This document shows, piece after piece, positions 14,441 through 27,662 of a stretch of 64,000 nucleotides of DNA. The notes below the pieces were generated by a model, which worked only from the letters and a program-made list of their open reading frames with translations, ran no database searches and had not been told where the DNA came from. Made by a program: the position numbers and the translations under genes. Source of the stretch: Felis catus (Eukaryota); the NCBI RefSeq assembly GCF_018350175.1, contig NC_058368.1, positions 167,960,001 through 168,024,000 of the forward strand. Direction: 5' to 3'. Numbering within the stretch: the first letter of the stretch is position 1; each line of letters starts with the position of its first letter.

Positions 14441-15561
14441 CATAACATGTATTTGTTCAGGGAAAGAAGAGTGACGATATTAGATTTCTCTTCAGGGAGC
14501 AATTTCCCAAGACTATATTTTCCATTTAGCTGTGCCTGAATTATTGATTTGTTTATAATTGCCATCCTTTACCATAAAGATCTATGTTCAATATGGGAAT
14601 AAGAAGCCTATTAGAATGATAGTTTTCTTCATGACGACTATATCATACATCAATTAAAATGAACATAACTTCATAACAGCCTGGCCAGGTGTTGCTAAGT
14701 ACGATAATACCGCATTCAACATCTGTGAGAATCTTGACAAAAATTACAAATGATACGCCAGGCGGGCTGCTGTTTCTGAATCAATGCATTCTGCAAAAAA
14801 CTTCAAAAATCTTGGGATACTATAATGAAAGCATGTACAAACACAGCATCACAGAGGGAGGAGATGAGGATGAGACTAACTAGCTCGAATATGAGTAAAG
14901 CAATAGGAAGCAGAATTATGGAGGAGTCTCTTAAAGGATGAAACTCCCCCAGTATCAGGTGTGCATCAAATTTCACAATTTTAAGTAGCCTTAATAATCT
15001 AAAAGTTCTCCGGAATATATCTCTACTTATCCAGCTAAAGAAGAAAATAGGCATCTGTTTTTCCATCCTAAAATTTATAATTAACACAGAACAAGGGGTC
15101 ACAGCCAGCCTCCCCCAGCAGAGCACTTACCTCCAATAACACACTGTTTCTCTGGTTAACAAAGGATAATCCTTTTGCTGTCTTTCTGACAAAAATTATT
15201 CATGTATTATCAGCATGTTACCAGGGAAAAAGAGATGAACGGATCTGAACTTTCAATGATTTGTTTTAATTTTATAATCAAATAGCAATTATAGTACAAT
15301 CGCATAAACTATCGACCTTTACCCCTCCTCCTCAATTGTGCCCCAACATTTTGAAGAACAGAATCAATAGATGAACACTGACTTTCACCATGAACCCTAT
15401 GAATACCTAAAACCTCAGGAAAGATGGAAGAGAGATGAGGTGAGACAGAGAGCTTAACGCTGAAGGAACTAAGATACTGGAAATATTGTGACAGATTTCT
15501 CATCAACATGGCAAGGAAGTCCCCTAAATGTCCATCTCTGGTGCTTTCAGATGGACTGGAT

Positions 15562-15730
15562 CAGTTGTTCTCAACTTTGGCTGATATAACATCATTTACG
15601 AAGGTTTTATAAAACCTTTGCCTGGGCCCCACCTCACAGAAATTCTGATTTAATTACTCTTGAATGAGACTCAGGAATCAGTATGCTTTAGAAATTCCCC
15701 AGGTGATCCTAATGTGCAGAAATCCACCGG
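15562..15730. mobile_element. MER5-like hAT-Charlie DNA transposon
   Basis: 'cagttgttctcaactttggctg...gcctgggccccacc...ttctgatttaatt...ccccaggtgatcctaatgtgcag'. Confidence 0.75.
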
Positions 15731-16049
15731 CTTAAATAATTCAGAGATATGAATAAATGTAAATCATATTGGCAAGGTTTTAACATAGTTTTCACCTCAC
15801 TGGAAGAAAAAAATTCTAAAATTTCTAAACACCAAAACATGATAATTTCAATAAACAATAGCAATAAATAATAACAACAGACAACAGCAACGCTAACAAT
15901 AAAAACCTCTTCCAAAACCCAGGAAAGGAAAAAGGGTAGAAGAATTTTGTATAAAAATTTTTCCCTCTCCACCGCCTATATAGGAAAGCAACATTTTTCA
16001 ATGCTAATCATTAGACCTGGTACCAGGTACATAAATATGAATCAGACAT

Positions 16050-16170
16050 GAATTCCCCATTTTTAAAAATGAGGACACTGAGCCTCAGAGATGTGAAGGA
16101 ACTTCTCTATGGCCAAAGAACAGATAAAGAACAAAGCTTGAACTTGATCAAGTCTCAAGTCCAAAGATTT
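16050..16170 (-). mobile_element. MIR fragment
   Basis: 'ccccatttttaaaaatgaggacactgagcctcagagatgtgaagg'. Confidence 0.7.
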
Positions 16171-17726
16171 TTCTCCTCTCTGTATCTTCTGAATCATTTC
16201 TTTGCACTTGCTAACTTAGGTGCTGGGACAGAGTGTCATTTTAGCAATATTTTCTACTATAGGACCTTGAAGAGTTCACTCTAAGGAACTTAATCCATAG
16301 CTCTAGTGGCAATTAGCAATCTGACATTGGCACTGAATAGGTAAAGGAGAGAAATATATAAAATTAGATTGGAGGGGCAGGAAGGAGACTAAGAGTAAAG
16401 GAGCTCGAATGCTAAGTAAAGAGTTTGGAATGAATGAATATATTAGCTGATTAACAAGTCCATAGGTATTGAGTATATGCCCTGGGTTGGACAGAGAGAA
16501 CTCTCTAAGGCCTAGACAATAGGGAGATATTGAAGGTTTTAGAATTACTGTATCTAAGGGGCAATCTAATATGCCAAACCAGAAAACAAACTATAAGAAA
16601 AGAAAAACCTATCAAAACACTCCTTTTGCCTGGTATAAGTAAGAAAAATAAAACAAAACAAAAACCAACAACCCAAAAACATTATGAATAAATCAACATA
16701 AGGCTCATTTACCATTATAAAAAACAAACTCTGAAAAGAAATTAGCATTATTTTAAGCCAAATCTTGTTTTATGTTATTTTTTATTATAGCTGCATAGAA
16801 TTTTTCTAAAGGCTGAATTTAGTAGCTGATAAAATACAACTCTCCAACCCAGGACAGATGGTCAGCATGACATCCTAGGATTGAAGTCATTTATTAGCAT
16901 ATGTCAGAGTTAACAATAAAAAAACTTGATGAATTACTAGTTTCCCTCAAGGTAGAAAGCATATTCTCAAATTTAAATGAACAAATTAAAAAATCAGAAA
17001 AGAGGAAAGAAAACCATTTCAGTCTCCCATAATGCCAAATATCTGCTTAAAACTCTATATTTAGATTAAATATACAAATTAATAAGAAAAAATATATAAA
17101 TGTGAACAAAAAAGGCTAGGTTACTCTTTTATTACTCCAATGAGATGATTTCGTACTTTTCATTTTTTTCTAAAACAACTTGCTCTTCTCCACTTTAGAA
17201 AGATACTGAAAATTAAGGTAATTTAAAATCTTGCATCCAAATGTATACCCTTTACTTTTTACATATCTACCTGTGGAAGTTTCCAATGCTTTAAGAAATT
17301 TAAAGCATTAAGTAGCATGCCATTTGGGGTGTCAGCAGGGAATGTATTTGACATGACATTAAATTAAGCATATTAACTCAAGTAATAACTTTTTAGTTAT
17401 ACTTATTATTATATCAAATATTAAATTATGCTCGTGCTTATTTTCACTGGAAAGCTTTTTTAGACATACTTTTTAATCCAATGTGAGTGTGTATGTGTGC
17501 ATATGCACATAGTGTGTGATTGCATGTGGTGAAAAATTGACACTGCATGTTCATTTTACTCTGGGCCCTCGTCTTATGATTTCTTAATTTACTTTGGTAT
17601 CATCAGACATCATAAGATGAGCAGTCTCTATGAGATAGTAGCTCTTGATTTCTTTTAAAAAGTTTTCAAAGATTTTGTAACTTTTTAATTCTAGAAAAAG
17701 GAACAGGACAAGGACTCATTACATAC

Positions 17727-17803
17727 CATAATCTGTGATTTTACAGGACACCAAATACAGCTCTTTCAGGTTTTGTCCTTCCTTTGCAATGACCTCCACA
17801 CAC
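17727..17803 (-). CDS. FBXL17: Internal coding exon of F-box/LRR-repeat protein 17 (77 nt; exon 7 in human numbering)
   Basis: The minus strand reads ttatgtgtgtgtttcag|GTGTGTGGAGGTCATTGCAAAGGAAGGACAAAACCTGAAAGAGCTGTATTTGGTGTCCTGTAAAATCACAGATTATG|gtatgt, with canonical AG/GT sites. It enters in phase 2 and exits in phase 1, and translates to (R)CVEVIAKEGQNLKELYLVSCKITDY(A), matching the FBXL17 LRR sequence as I recall it. It is too short to appear in the ORF track. Confidence 0.93.
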
Positions 17804-20800
17804 CTGAAACACACACATAAAAAGTGGTGAGTTACACTAATGCGTTTCAAGTTAAATTAGCAAGAGTCTGGCCATGACTGTAACAGGAAGAGGTCAGCAT
17901 TTGATGAATGCCACAGCTCTCTTCTCTCAACAAACTTCTTTCAAGTGTGTCAGGAAAAAGTGTTATATTCTCTGCTTTAAACTCAAGTGTAGTAATACCT
18001 AAATGACTTTGATTAAATACATTTATGACTAGTGTATATTTTAAAACCAAAGTGATGAAAAAGAGACGGTTCTGTAAAAGTAATGTCACATTTAGTAACA
18101 GATTAGTAAACACAGGCTATATAAAGAACATGTCATTTACATAATAAAACGATATATAACAATTATAATGAAACTAGAATATAGATGGATGGGCTCTTGG
18201 TTCAATTATTAATGATGGAGTTTGATAACACTAAAATATACATTTTTGTGTGCTTTATTCCACAAAAATCAGAAATATTTTTAAAATCTATAACATTAAT
18301 TATAGATGAAAGAAAAATCTGAACACATAAGAACCTTAAAATCTATTGCTTTAAAATGTTTAATTCTTAATATTTTAAGTGAATTATTGCATAGATATAA
18401 TAATATAGATAGATATGTAATATAAAGATATGTAAGATTTAAAGTCTTCTCTGGTTTCATTTAAGTTAAAAGGTTTTTGAATGGTGCACTCAGCTCTAAT
18501 AGCTATAGCGGAACATGTGGTAAAGAGCTGAATGAACTTTAAAAATAATGATTAACAACGCCATCCGTTTTGTGGCTCAGTCTCCCATAATATCAGAAAA
18601 ACCTGTACAGTCATACTGAAATGTAGGAATATGCATCCTTCAATGTAGTCCCTGTTTTAATCTTTATAAATAACAGTTAAGTAAAAGGGTAAAAGCAAAA
18701 AGAGTCATTAACCTTTTCTAGGAAGTAAGGATCAAGTAATTTGATACCTGTGTGTATAATCCATCAAAAAATTACTGAGTATCCATCTCTGCCTTGCAGA
18801 TATTTTATTTGCTGTCTGGCTTATTTGTAGGAATCTTCATAAAATGTCAGAAAAATTTATATGATTTTACTTCACATAATTCATTACTGAAGGTTAAATT
18901 AGTTATAAAGAAGACATACTTTTTCCTTTAAGATATTTTTATAGAATATTGTTTTAATGAAATGATACACATTTCAAAGTTCCTCAGAATAAATGAATAA
19001 ACATTGTTTTTGGCTTTTTTTAAAAAACGATTTATGACAAAAACAGAGAAGTTATTCCATGGCTACAACAGAAAACTTAAAAACAGCAATACAATGCAAT
19101 TACCATTGATAGAGCTTATTATGAAGGGAAAATTTTAAATCTAATTCCATGTCATTTGGCTTTAATGTAATATTTGAATAAACTCATAAAAAAGGAAGGG
19201 CAAAAGGAGATGAAACATTACAGGCAACAACTATGTTTTATTTACAACTTTAAAAATGAATTTTCACACACGAAGGATAAAAATAAAGACCCTAGATAAA
19301 TACAAAACCCTTAAATTAAAAGAAATGACTACCTTCTCTCATGCCAAAGGTACGTTTCATCGTCCTCCTCTAGCACCTACCAAAACAGATGCACTATTCT
19401 GTATGACTACTACAAAATAAAATAAATTAGTACAGAAATAATGTTTGTGTCATTTATTTTATTCTCATGCTCTTTCCAAATAGTCCAAAATGCCTGATGT
19501 TACATTTGATTGTGAAAAAACTCTAACCAGATGCAATATCCTATCTGTGTTCCTGTCACTTGATTCTTTATAAGATATGCCACAAGCACATAGGAACATT
19601 AAAGACACACAGAGCAAACTACAAAGAGCAAATAACACAAATTGATTTCACTGTATAAGCCAGATCAAATGCTATTTTATAGGCAACAAGAACCAGTATT
19701 CATATAAAATAAGATAATCAATCACTGGATGAAAACTCTTGAGAAACTGATGAAAGGCCATGAGCATCAGGTTTCCCCACTGCGTGTCAGAGGAAAGTTA
19801 TCATGAATAGATATGGCAAGTAAATTTAGCTTATTCAAGAGGCGACAGCCAAGAGATAACACATGATTAAGAAGAAAGCAGTAAATATCTTTTAGACAGA
19901 AAAGGAGAAAAGAAATATAAGAGAAAAGCACTTTGCTTTTACAAAGTATCACCTAGGATTTTTGCTGTTTTTAAAAGTTCAGCTGCATGAGGTTTTCCAA
20001 ACACTTTTAATTACCCTGTAATCACAGCCAGTGTACTAGAAGTTACACACAACACAGAGGTACTCCTTGAATAAAAATTCATGGAGAGAAAAAAAAAAAC
20101 ATTCCTTGGAAGATGTGTGGCAAAACTTAATTTTTTTAATGTAAATATCACATCATTCCAAGGTGTGATATTTGAAGCAAGGAACCCCAAGTTCTGTGAA
20201 TGTAGGCTGAAACTCTTAACACGATATTACGCAAAATTGAGTGTTTCAAATAAGTAGCTAAAATACCTGTTGTTTTGAGAGTTGAAAGTGGAAACAGTTT
20301 GTATTGTCTTGTTACTGCAAATTGATGGAAATGGAACCCCACTCAACTGGCTAGTGCCTGAAATCCAGGGATTAGTCCAGGTCTAGTTTCCTAGGCAGCC
20401 TGCAGTGACAGCAGGTCATGATGAGACAGACACCTGCATGGTGACTGTCCTTTCCTCCTGAAACTTTTAGAGTCCATTACAGTATGTATTTACAGGAAGC
20501 ATGTGAACATAACACTATAGTCTGTGGACCACATTACTCTAAATAATTTTCTGTTTCGAGTCTTGGCTCTAGTCTGACCTTTAGTGTATTAACATTACAG
20601 CATTTCCCAGTTTACTGTATAGCACTATGCAGGCAACAAACAAGGTGGTAAAACGTAGCAGTTATTGAAACTTTTGACTACAGGTACTTATATAATTTTT
20701 TAAGGGTCAGTTTTTAAATGGTAGCAATAAAAAAGAAATGTTTGTAAAGTGATAATCTTTAAGGAGAGCGAGAGAAACAAGGACCACATTTAAAACCTTG

Positions 20801-23800
20801 GTTTCTCCATCCCCTCTCCTATTCGCAGATAATGCATAGGAGGATATCCATTAATTTCAGTGATAAATTATAGTTTTGTCCTGAGGGACAAGCCATGAGT
20901 CCCTAAACTCAGAATCTAGAATTCAATTTTTACCCATTCTTCACCCCACGCTTGTCCCCACCATCCCTAAAGACAAACCTCAGAATATCGTATGACTGGA
21001 CATTCTCTATGGGTCAGTACATTCAAAGCTTTCTCACTTAATGCATGACAAAATAAAGAATTAGAAAACTTGGAAAAAGAACTATATCCTTAGGGAAAGA
21101 AACAATCTATAAGATTATTAAGGAGAAATTAATAATGAGAAAATGGCATAAAGGAAAACTTTAGATTATCAAATAAAAAAAATATCCAACACAAGTCTGC
21201 TAAACTTTTCCCTAAATTCTGAGAAATAAAGTGAGACATATCTTAACAAGAAGAAATAAAAAATCTGGCGAAATATACCCTATTCTCACGTCCATGGACC
21301 CACAGAACCACCTAGCTCCTTTGAAAGCCCGTATTACCATTCTCCATAAACACGAGGGCCTATATGAACAATTTATCCAAATCAAATATCCTAGGATCAA
21401 TATATTTTAGTTTCTTCTGAATTGCCTCCCCTCAATTATTTTCTTCTTTTATGCTTTGGCAGGGTTCTGAAAAAAAATTTAAAATTTGCAACCACTGTAA
21501 ATTCTTGAGTAACAGCTGTTGAGTACATATGTGTGTGTGTATACATACATATATACATATAAACTCTTTTAGAATTCCAAAATGTGACAGAAAACCTGCT
21601 CCAAAGTATCCAAAGCATCCAGAATTATTATTTATAATAATGCAATGTTATGCTCACTTGCTTTTGATAATGTTTTAAAATGCACCTGAAACATCTGATG
21701 AAATTCGAAAAGCAACAAAAAGGTTACTTTTGTCAGCTATAGAGGATTTTTTTTTCAGAAGAAAAAGCATTTACTTAGTTTCAGTGGAGGGAAAATCTGT
21801 CTCCTTAGCAATAGATTCCTAATCACCTGATTTATGTGAAGGGTAAAGGTTAATGAATTAAGCTGTGTAAGCTTCAAAACTATCAAAGGAATTCAAAAGA
21901 GCCTTGAATTATGGAAAACAATGGCCCATTCTACATACATACCAAATTTTTATGTTTTTTGTCTCCTACTCAAAAGCTAGAACATGGCATTAGTGACAAT
22001 TGAAAAGAACTAATGAGGAAATATGACTACATTGCTTGCAAGAGGAGTGTCCTAGGAGACCTTGTTACTGTTTGTGATGTGCTTCAAACCCAAAAGAAGC
22101 TAATTGGAGCTGCCAGACACTGGTTTGCAAATCTCACTTTAAAGGACAGGCTCAATCACCTTAGAGGTGTGGAAAGAAATGTCCCCATTAGAGATGCATT
22201 AGTATGTGGCTTGGTGAATTTCTAAATAAACTTTAGGATGTTCTTTCCTAAGTCACTTTTAGATTTGAATAATAGATATAACTTCAAGGAGAGGAAAAAA
22301 TGCAACAAGACAAAAACAACCCCACAGATTTAAAACAAAAAGTATGAAAAGTGCTGTAAAGTAATTGGCAAATAAGTACAATGGGGAGCTAGGTATGTTT
22401 AAGGTTGAATAAACATGGAGATCAAACTTTAAAACTCCTGAAATGCAAACACATTGTAAAAGTGATCTATTGGGGGGTTTAAGGAATAGAACTTCATTTT
22501 CATCATTTCTTGAAACTGAGCAAGCCAATAAGCCACCCTATGCTATATAGCTTATAAAAGCATAAGAAGCTGCAACTCACAGACACATACAAATGAAAAA
22601 GGAATAAAAAGGATTTACAAGATCTAAGGAGAGCAACAACAGAGCAAACTTACTCCAATTCTGTGCTACAAAAGCTCATCCTGACTTCAGGTCATTTAAA
22701 TGATAGCAGAGGTCACCAAAACACAATTTGGCATCTTATGGAAAGAATAATGGTATTTGATTGATTTTTCTAAATCCTCCAACTGAGTTTTACTGAAGAA
22801 TAATCCAATCCCAGTGCAGCAAATGAATTGGCATGATTTACAGGTGTATCTTGCTTTCAGAAAATGCCCTATATAAACGATTTCCATTTACAAAAAAAAA
22901 GACACATTTACAGGTAAACATGTACAAGACGAATCGACCCAATAATCTATTAATAATTGTACATTTCTCCTTATTACATGTCACTATAATTTCATCTATA
23001 AACATTCCATTTACAGTTACTTTTTCTAGTAATAGGACACCTTAACCTCACAGAAATGGTATGCAGTAGTTATTGTTGTATTTAACTTAAACAACTACAC
23101 ATGACAAATGAAAGACACAACAGCATCAAAATGATATGCTGAGTGTGCTTTGTATTTTATGATACACTTTTGTGTAAACATTCTTCTAGTCTATTCCATT
23201 TACAACACGATACCAAAAAATATGCAAGTCTATTTTCTCATGTAAACTTCCAAATATATTCTCATAGTAGACAAGTTCACCATATGATATTTTTTTTAAA
23301 GGTTGACTTGCAATGAAAATGCTAAATAAAAGTATTTGCTCAAAGCATGTTCTTAATATACCACAGGGGCAAAGACTAGCAGTGACATGCAAAATGTCAC
23401 CAGCTCCACCAGTTAACAATAGTTATTGGGGGACACTTATTAAGTTCTCATATACGAAACGTTATTCTCTGGAAAGCCGATATCTGATTAGTGGACCTAA
23501 GATTAATTTAGGCATTTGCTACTTAAAACAGTAGAGAACTGATGCCCATTTTGTCTCATGGATAGTGAAGGAGAGACTTACTACAGTAAGTAGTACAGTA
23601 AGTAGACTTATTACAGTAAGTACCTACTACAATAAGTGACCTATAAATTGAAATGTTATTGAAACCTAAGTCCTAGGGGTTTGCACCTTTAGACACCTTT
23701 GAGGAGGCAGAGCAGATGTTGTCATTGCTGATGCTTCTGGACCAGCCTTTCTGTAAGCATCTCTAACATTAGGTAGGCTTCCCAACTGGAAAGCTGGTAG

Positions 23801-24258
23801 GAGTCAGTGCTGAAAAGGGAGTACACAACAACAAAATAATATTTTCCAATATATTTAGGAATGACCATTACAAATCAGCTCTAACTGAAATATTTTGCTT
23901 CTTCATTTATATAGTAAAATATGTTTTAATATAATTTGGATGTTTCTCAGAGTATTTTAAAAATGTTTTTTGGATAGAATGAAGCCTGTACTATTTTAAA
24001 AATGTACATCTTCTTTAAGCTACTAAGAAACAAGATGGTTAAAGGTTTCCCCAAAGGGAGCTTAAACCAACAAATTTGTGACAAACATGGATTTGGCTTT
24101 AATATTTCAGATACATTTATCCAAAGTCTTGTTTTTAATTTTAGCCATTGTCCCATCCTTTTACCACAACTACACTAAATCATTATTTAACAACGTGAGC
24201 TCACTTAGTCTGAGCATTCCTCAAAATATGCAAGAAACAGAAAAAAGATCCAACGCTT

Positions 24259-24293
<35 letters not shown>

Positions 24294-26884
24294 TTTCAAC
24301 CATGCTTTATTGAGTGCAAACTATGTGTTAGAAACATTAAAAGATATAATCAGAAAGCCACATTATTATAAAATGATGGACATAATACTTATAACCTTGA
24401 TAAATCAACTGTTGTTTATTTTTGTTATTGTTAATAATAATGTTCCCACCTAGGAGCAAAAAAACCCACAAACATATCATTGAAAACAGTTATATTTCAG
24501 GACTAAAGGAAATCCTAGAAAGAAAGGAGGAAGAAATGTAAAGGCGAGACTTTCTAATTCAGCACTGTATTCATTCCTCAATGGGGGAAAACGTAGTTAC
24601 TTTGAAACAGGAAAAGTTAAAAAACCTCCTCTTCCTTTAAACTTTTTGGGGTTCCATCAATTTATTACCGACATCTCTGGGGGAATACGGCACTGCACAA
24701 TGTTGATACTGTTAAGACTGGTGCTACTTCTATGGTTTTCTGGCATATTTTTAGACAAAGGACAAAAGAGAAGATTTTATTATTCTACATGTTACAAAAA
24801 TTTATTGTGTGGAAGCAAAAGCCCAGGCCCTTAAAAAAAGACTCAGGAATATAAAAACATATAAAGCTATGGTCCATTTTAGTGAATTGTAATTCATCAG
24901 AAGCCACTCCCCTTCTGAAAAAAAATGATGCAAGATTCTGGCAAGCTCCACACCACGCCCCACTACCACCACCAATAATAAAGAAAAACTTTAATGTTAA
25001 AGCTAGAAGAGATTTTTAGGCTTCCAAACAACTAAAATGAAACTGAGGTGGACTATTCCACATATAATTGATAATAATCTCCCTGCTCATTCCTACCCCA
25101 TTTACCCTAACTGCTGTAAGTAGATAAGAAAGTCTCAATCTAACGGACATCATATACTTCGTGCTCACCTTTGATTTAAAATGGCTAAGACTGAATTATT
25201 TTACTGGAGTATAAAAGCACCCAGAAGATGAGATTTCAGGCATCATTCAGGAAGGAGTTAAGTACTTCCTTACCAGAAGACACCACAAGTCGGTTTTGTA
25301 GTGACTAATTGCCTCTTTAACCTCTGTACTCTGGGAGCTGGCCTGTGCTTCAATACTAGTTCTGTGATAGAGCCAAAGACTGATGTTCAACATAGACCTC
25401 CCATGACCTGCGTAGCCAAGGAGTTAACTCAGACAAGATGCTGACAAAAGGTTTCCTTCTCACTTGGGAAGGCACAAAATCTCTTTTTGGATAAGCCAAA
25501 TTCTCAGAAGACTATAAAACACAGCAGGTAAAGACAATTTATAAAAGTCAAAAGAATGGTTTCACTCTGGCTAACAGTGATTTTAAACATCCAAATGTAT
25601 CATTCAAAACTTTGCTTGAGAAATGGTTTTAGTGATAAGAAAAAAATAGATTATTTATTTTAAAATGCAATGAAGAGGGCACCTAATTTGATTTCTTTGA
25701 AAGCTTATAATTAGATAGCTGTAATAAAACACAAAGAAAGGAGGTCAACGTTCTCCACTCCAAATGTTTCCCCTACGCTTCAAGTATTCATACTCAGGAA
25801 GCCTGTACTTTGTCATTAAATTTTTAAGCTTGGAAAATTTCTGGCTTTAGCAAAAGCCAATAAAAGAATTTTTACAGGTGATTTTCAGTAGTGATTACAC
25901 AAAAATAATTCTGCAATTGGGAGAAAAGCATAGTGAAGGCCTCTTGTCAGGTTCTGAAAAAAGAAAGGAAAAGGAGTGAGTTCTAGATTAAGGAGCTGGA
26001 AAAGGGAGGACACTGGGAACAAAATAACCTGCATATTCATCCACAAAGAAGAAAACGGAAAGCTCACACAGACTTGATGAAGGCAGAGACATTACATACA
26101 TTTGACTTTACTAATACTTGGCTAGACTGAACTCTGAACCCTTTGAGGCTTAAGGATCATTGCTGCTGAATTCATAAAAACCTATTCCAAAGCTCTGAAA
26201 CTGCCACTGCTTTATTCTTGTTTTCTCCCATATCATTACATATTAATGTTCATGTCAGAGGTAAAATAATCTTTGCTCTAACACTTATGGGAAAGGGAAG
26301 CATTGGGTCATGCTTAATTGTTCTGCTACATTGTAGTTACACAAAGAGAGAACTTTTTCACTTTAAAAAAGAAATAACAATTACATTTCTTTTTCCAAAA
26401 AAAAAAAAAAAAAAAGAAAAGAAAGAAAACAGCCACATATTTCTACAAATGACAATAAGGGGCATTGACCAAGAATTCTCTTATGAAAAGTATGCAGTTT
26501 ATATTTTGTAAATCCCAACAGAAGAATAATGGCTGGTTTCAGTTAATTTTTATCTATCTGAAGGATATAGAAACAAAGTCCTCCAAATTTTCTTCTTAAA
26601 TAATATTTAAGTAAATACAACAGAATGAATTTCAGAAATTCCAGGGAAAGGCTATTGAATCTTACTTAGCTTTTCTGGCTACCAGGCCGATTCAATGATT
26701 CCTAATATAAAGTTCATTTGCCTATAAAATACACTTCCAGAGGATTCTCTCTTACCTCTATCCATCAATGAAAAGACTTGATCATCAACCATTTAATTTA
26801 TATTCAGAAGAGTATATAATATATATGTGCATGTGTGTATACATTTTTGAATGTAATTCTTTTGTTATAACTACTTTCTAAAAA

Positions 26885-27071
26885 GTTTTTATTTATTTTT
26901 TTGAGGGGACGGAGGGGCAGACAGAGAGTGAGACACAGAACTGGAAGCAGGCTTCAGGCTCTGAGCTGTCAGCACAGAGCCCCACATGGGGCTTGCCCGA
27001 ACCCACGAACCACGAGATCGTGACCTGAGCTGAAGTCAAACATTTAACTGACTGAGCCACCCAGGCGCCCC
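26885..27071 (-). mobile_element. Can-SINE
   Basis: Reverse head ...gactgagccacccaggcgcccc and T-rich tail. Confidence 0.92.
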
Positions 27072-27626
27072 TATAAATGTAATTCTTAAGAAATACATTT
27101 TCCCTTACCAATACTATCATTAAATGAGCAAACACATAATTGTTATAAATGCACTTAGTACAAATTTTAGCAGTCTTGACTCTGAAATATCATAATCACT
27201 AAAATCCAGGTTGCTCTGCTTGGACTAGTCATCGGTCTATTCCCTATGAAGGGGAAACACATTTCTGCTCCTGGGGAGAGTGGTGGAAAGCTAATGAAAC
27301 CAGTGTGTAAGACTGATAGAAACCATGGAGGGAAGCATTGCCCAATTTCTCCTTGCAGAAAGTTGCAAAAACATGGGGAAGAATCATTTCACCATTTGTT
27401 TCAGACAGTGGGTACCTTGCAGGCAACATCATGTCTGACAGCAAGAACAAGCAACACTCCCAAACCCAGTACTCAGCTTTATGTTATTCTAAAGTTATAT
27501 CAAAATGAACGGCACATCTCTGGCATATTTCTCAATGCTCTACTGTTGATTATAGTTACAGTTCTGTCTGCATAAGCAACAAACCATGTAGCAAAATGGA
27601 ATAACAGTATTAACATTCCTGCTCTG

Positions 27627-27662
<36 letters not shown>

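Larger units (their letters stand above)
1..17726 (-). other. FBXL17: FBXL17 intron downstream of the exon (partial)
   Basis: Begins at the GT donor (17726-17725). The next FBXL17 exon (ALIAIGRY...) is not seen in the window. Confidence 0.85.

Noticed and set aside
15125..15190. Perfect minus-strand donor GAG|GTAAGT with nearby AGs
   Set aside because: Isolated consensus donors are frequent in long introns and the acceptors are weak.
17850..25440. Looked like a long minus-strand 3'UTR of another gene
   Set aside because: It lies immediately upstream of the FBXL17 exon's acceptor, so it is better explained as intron.
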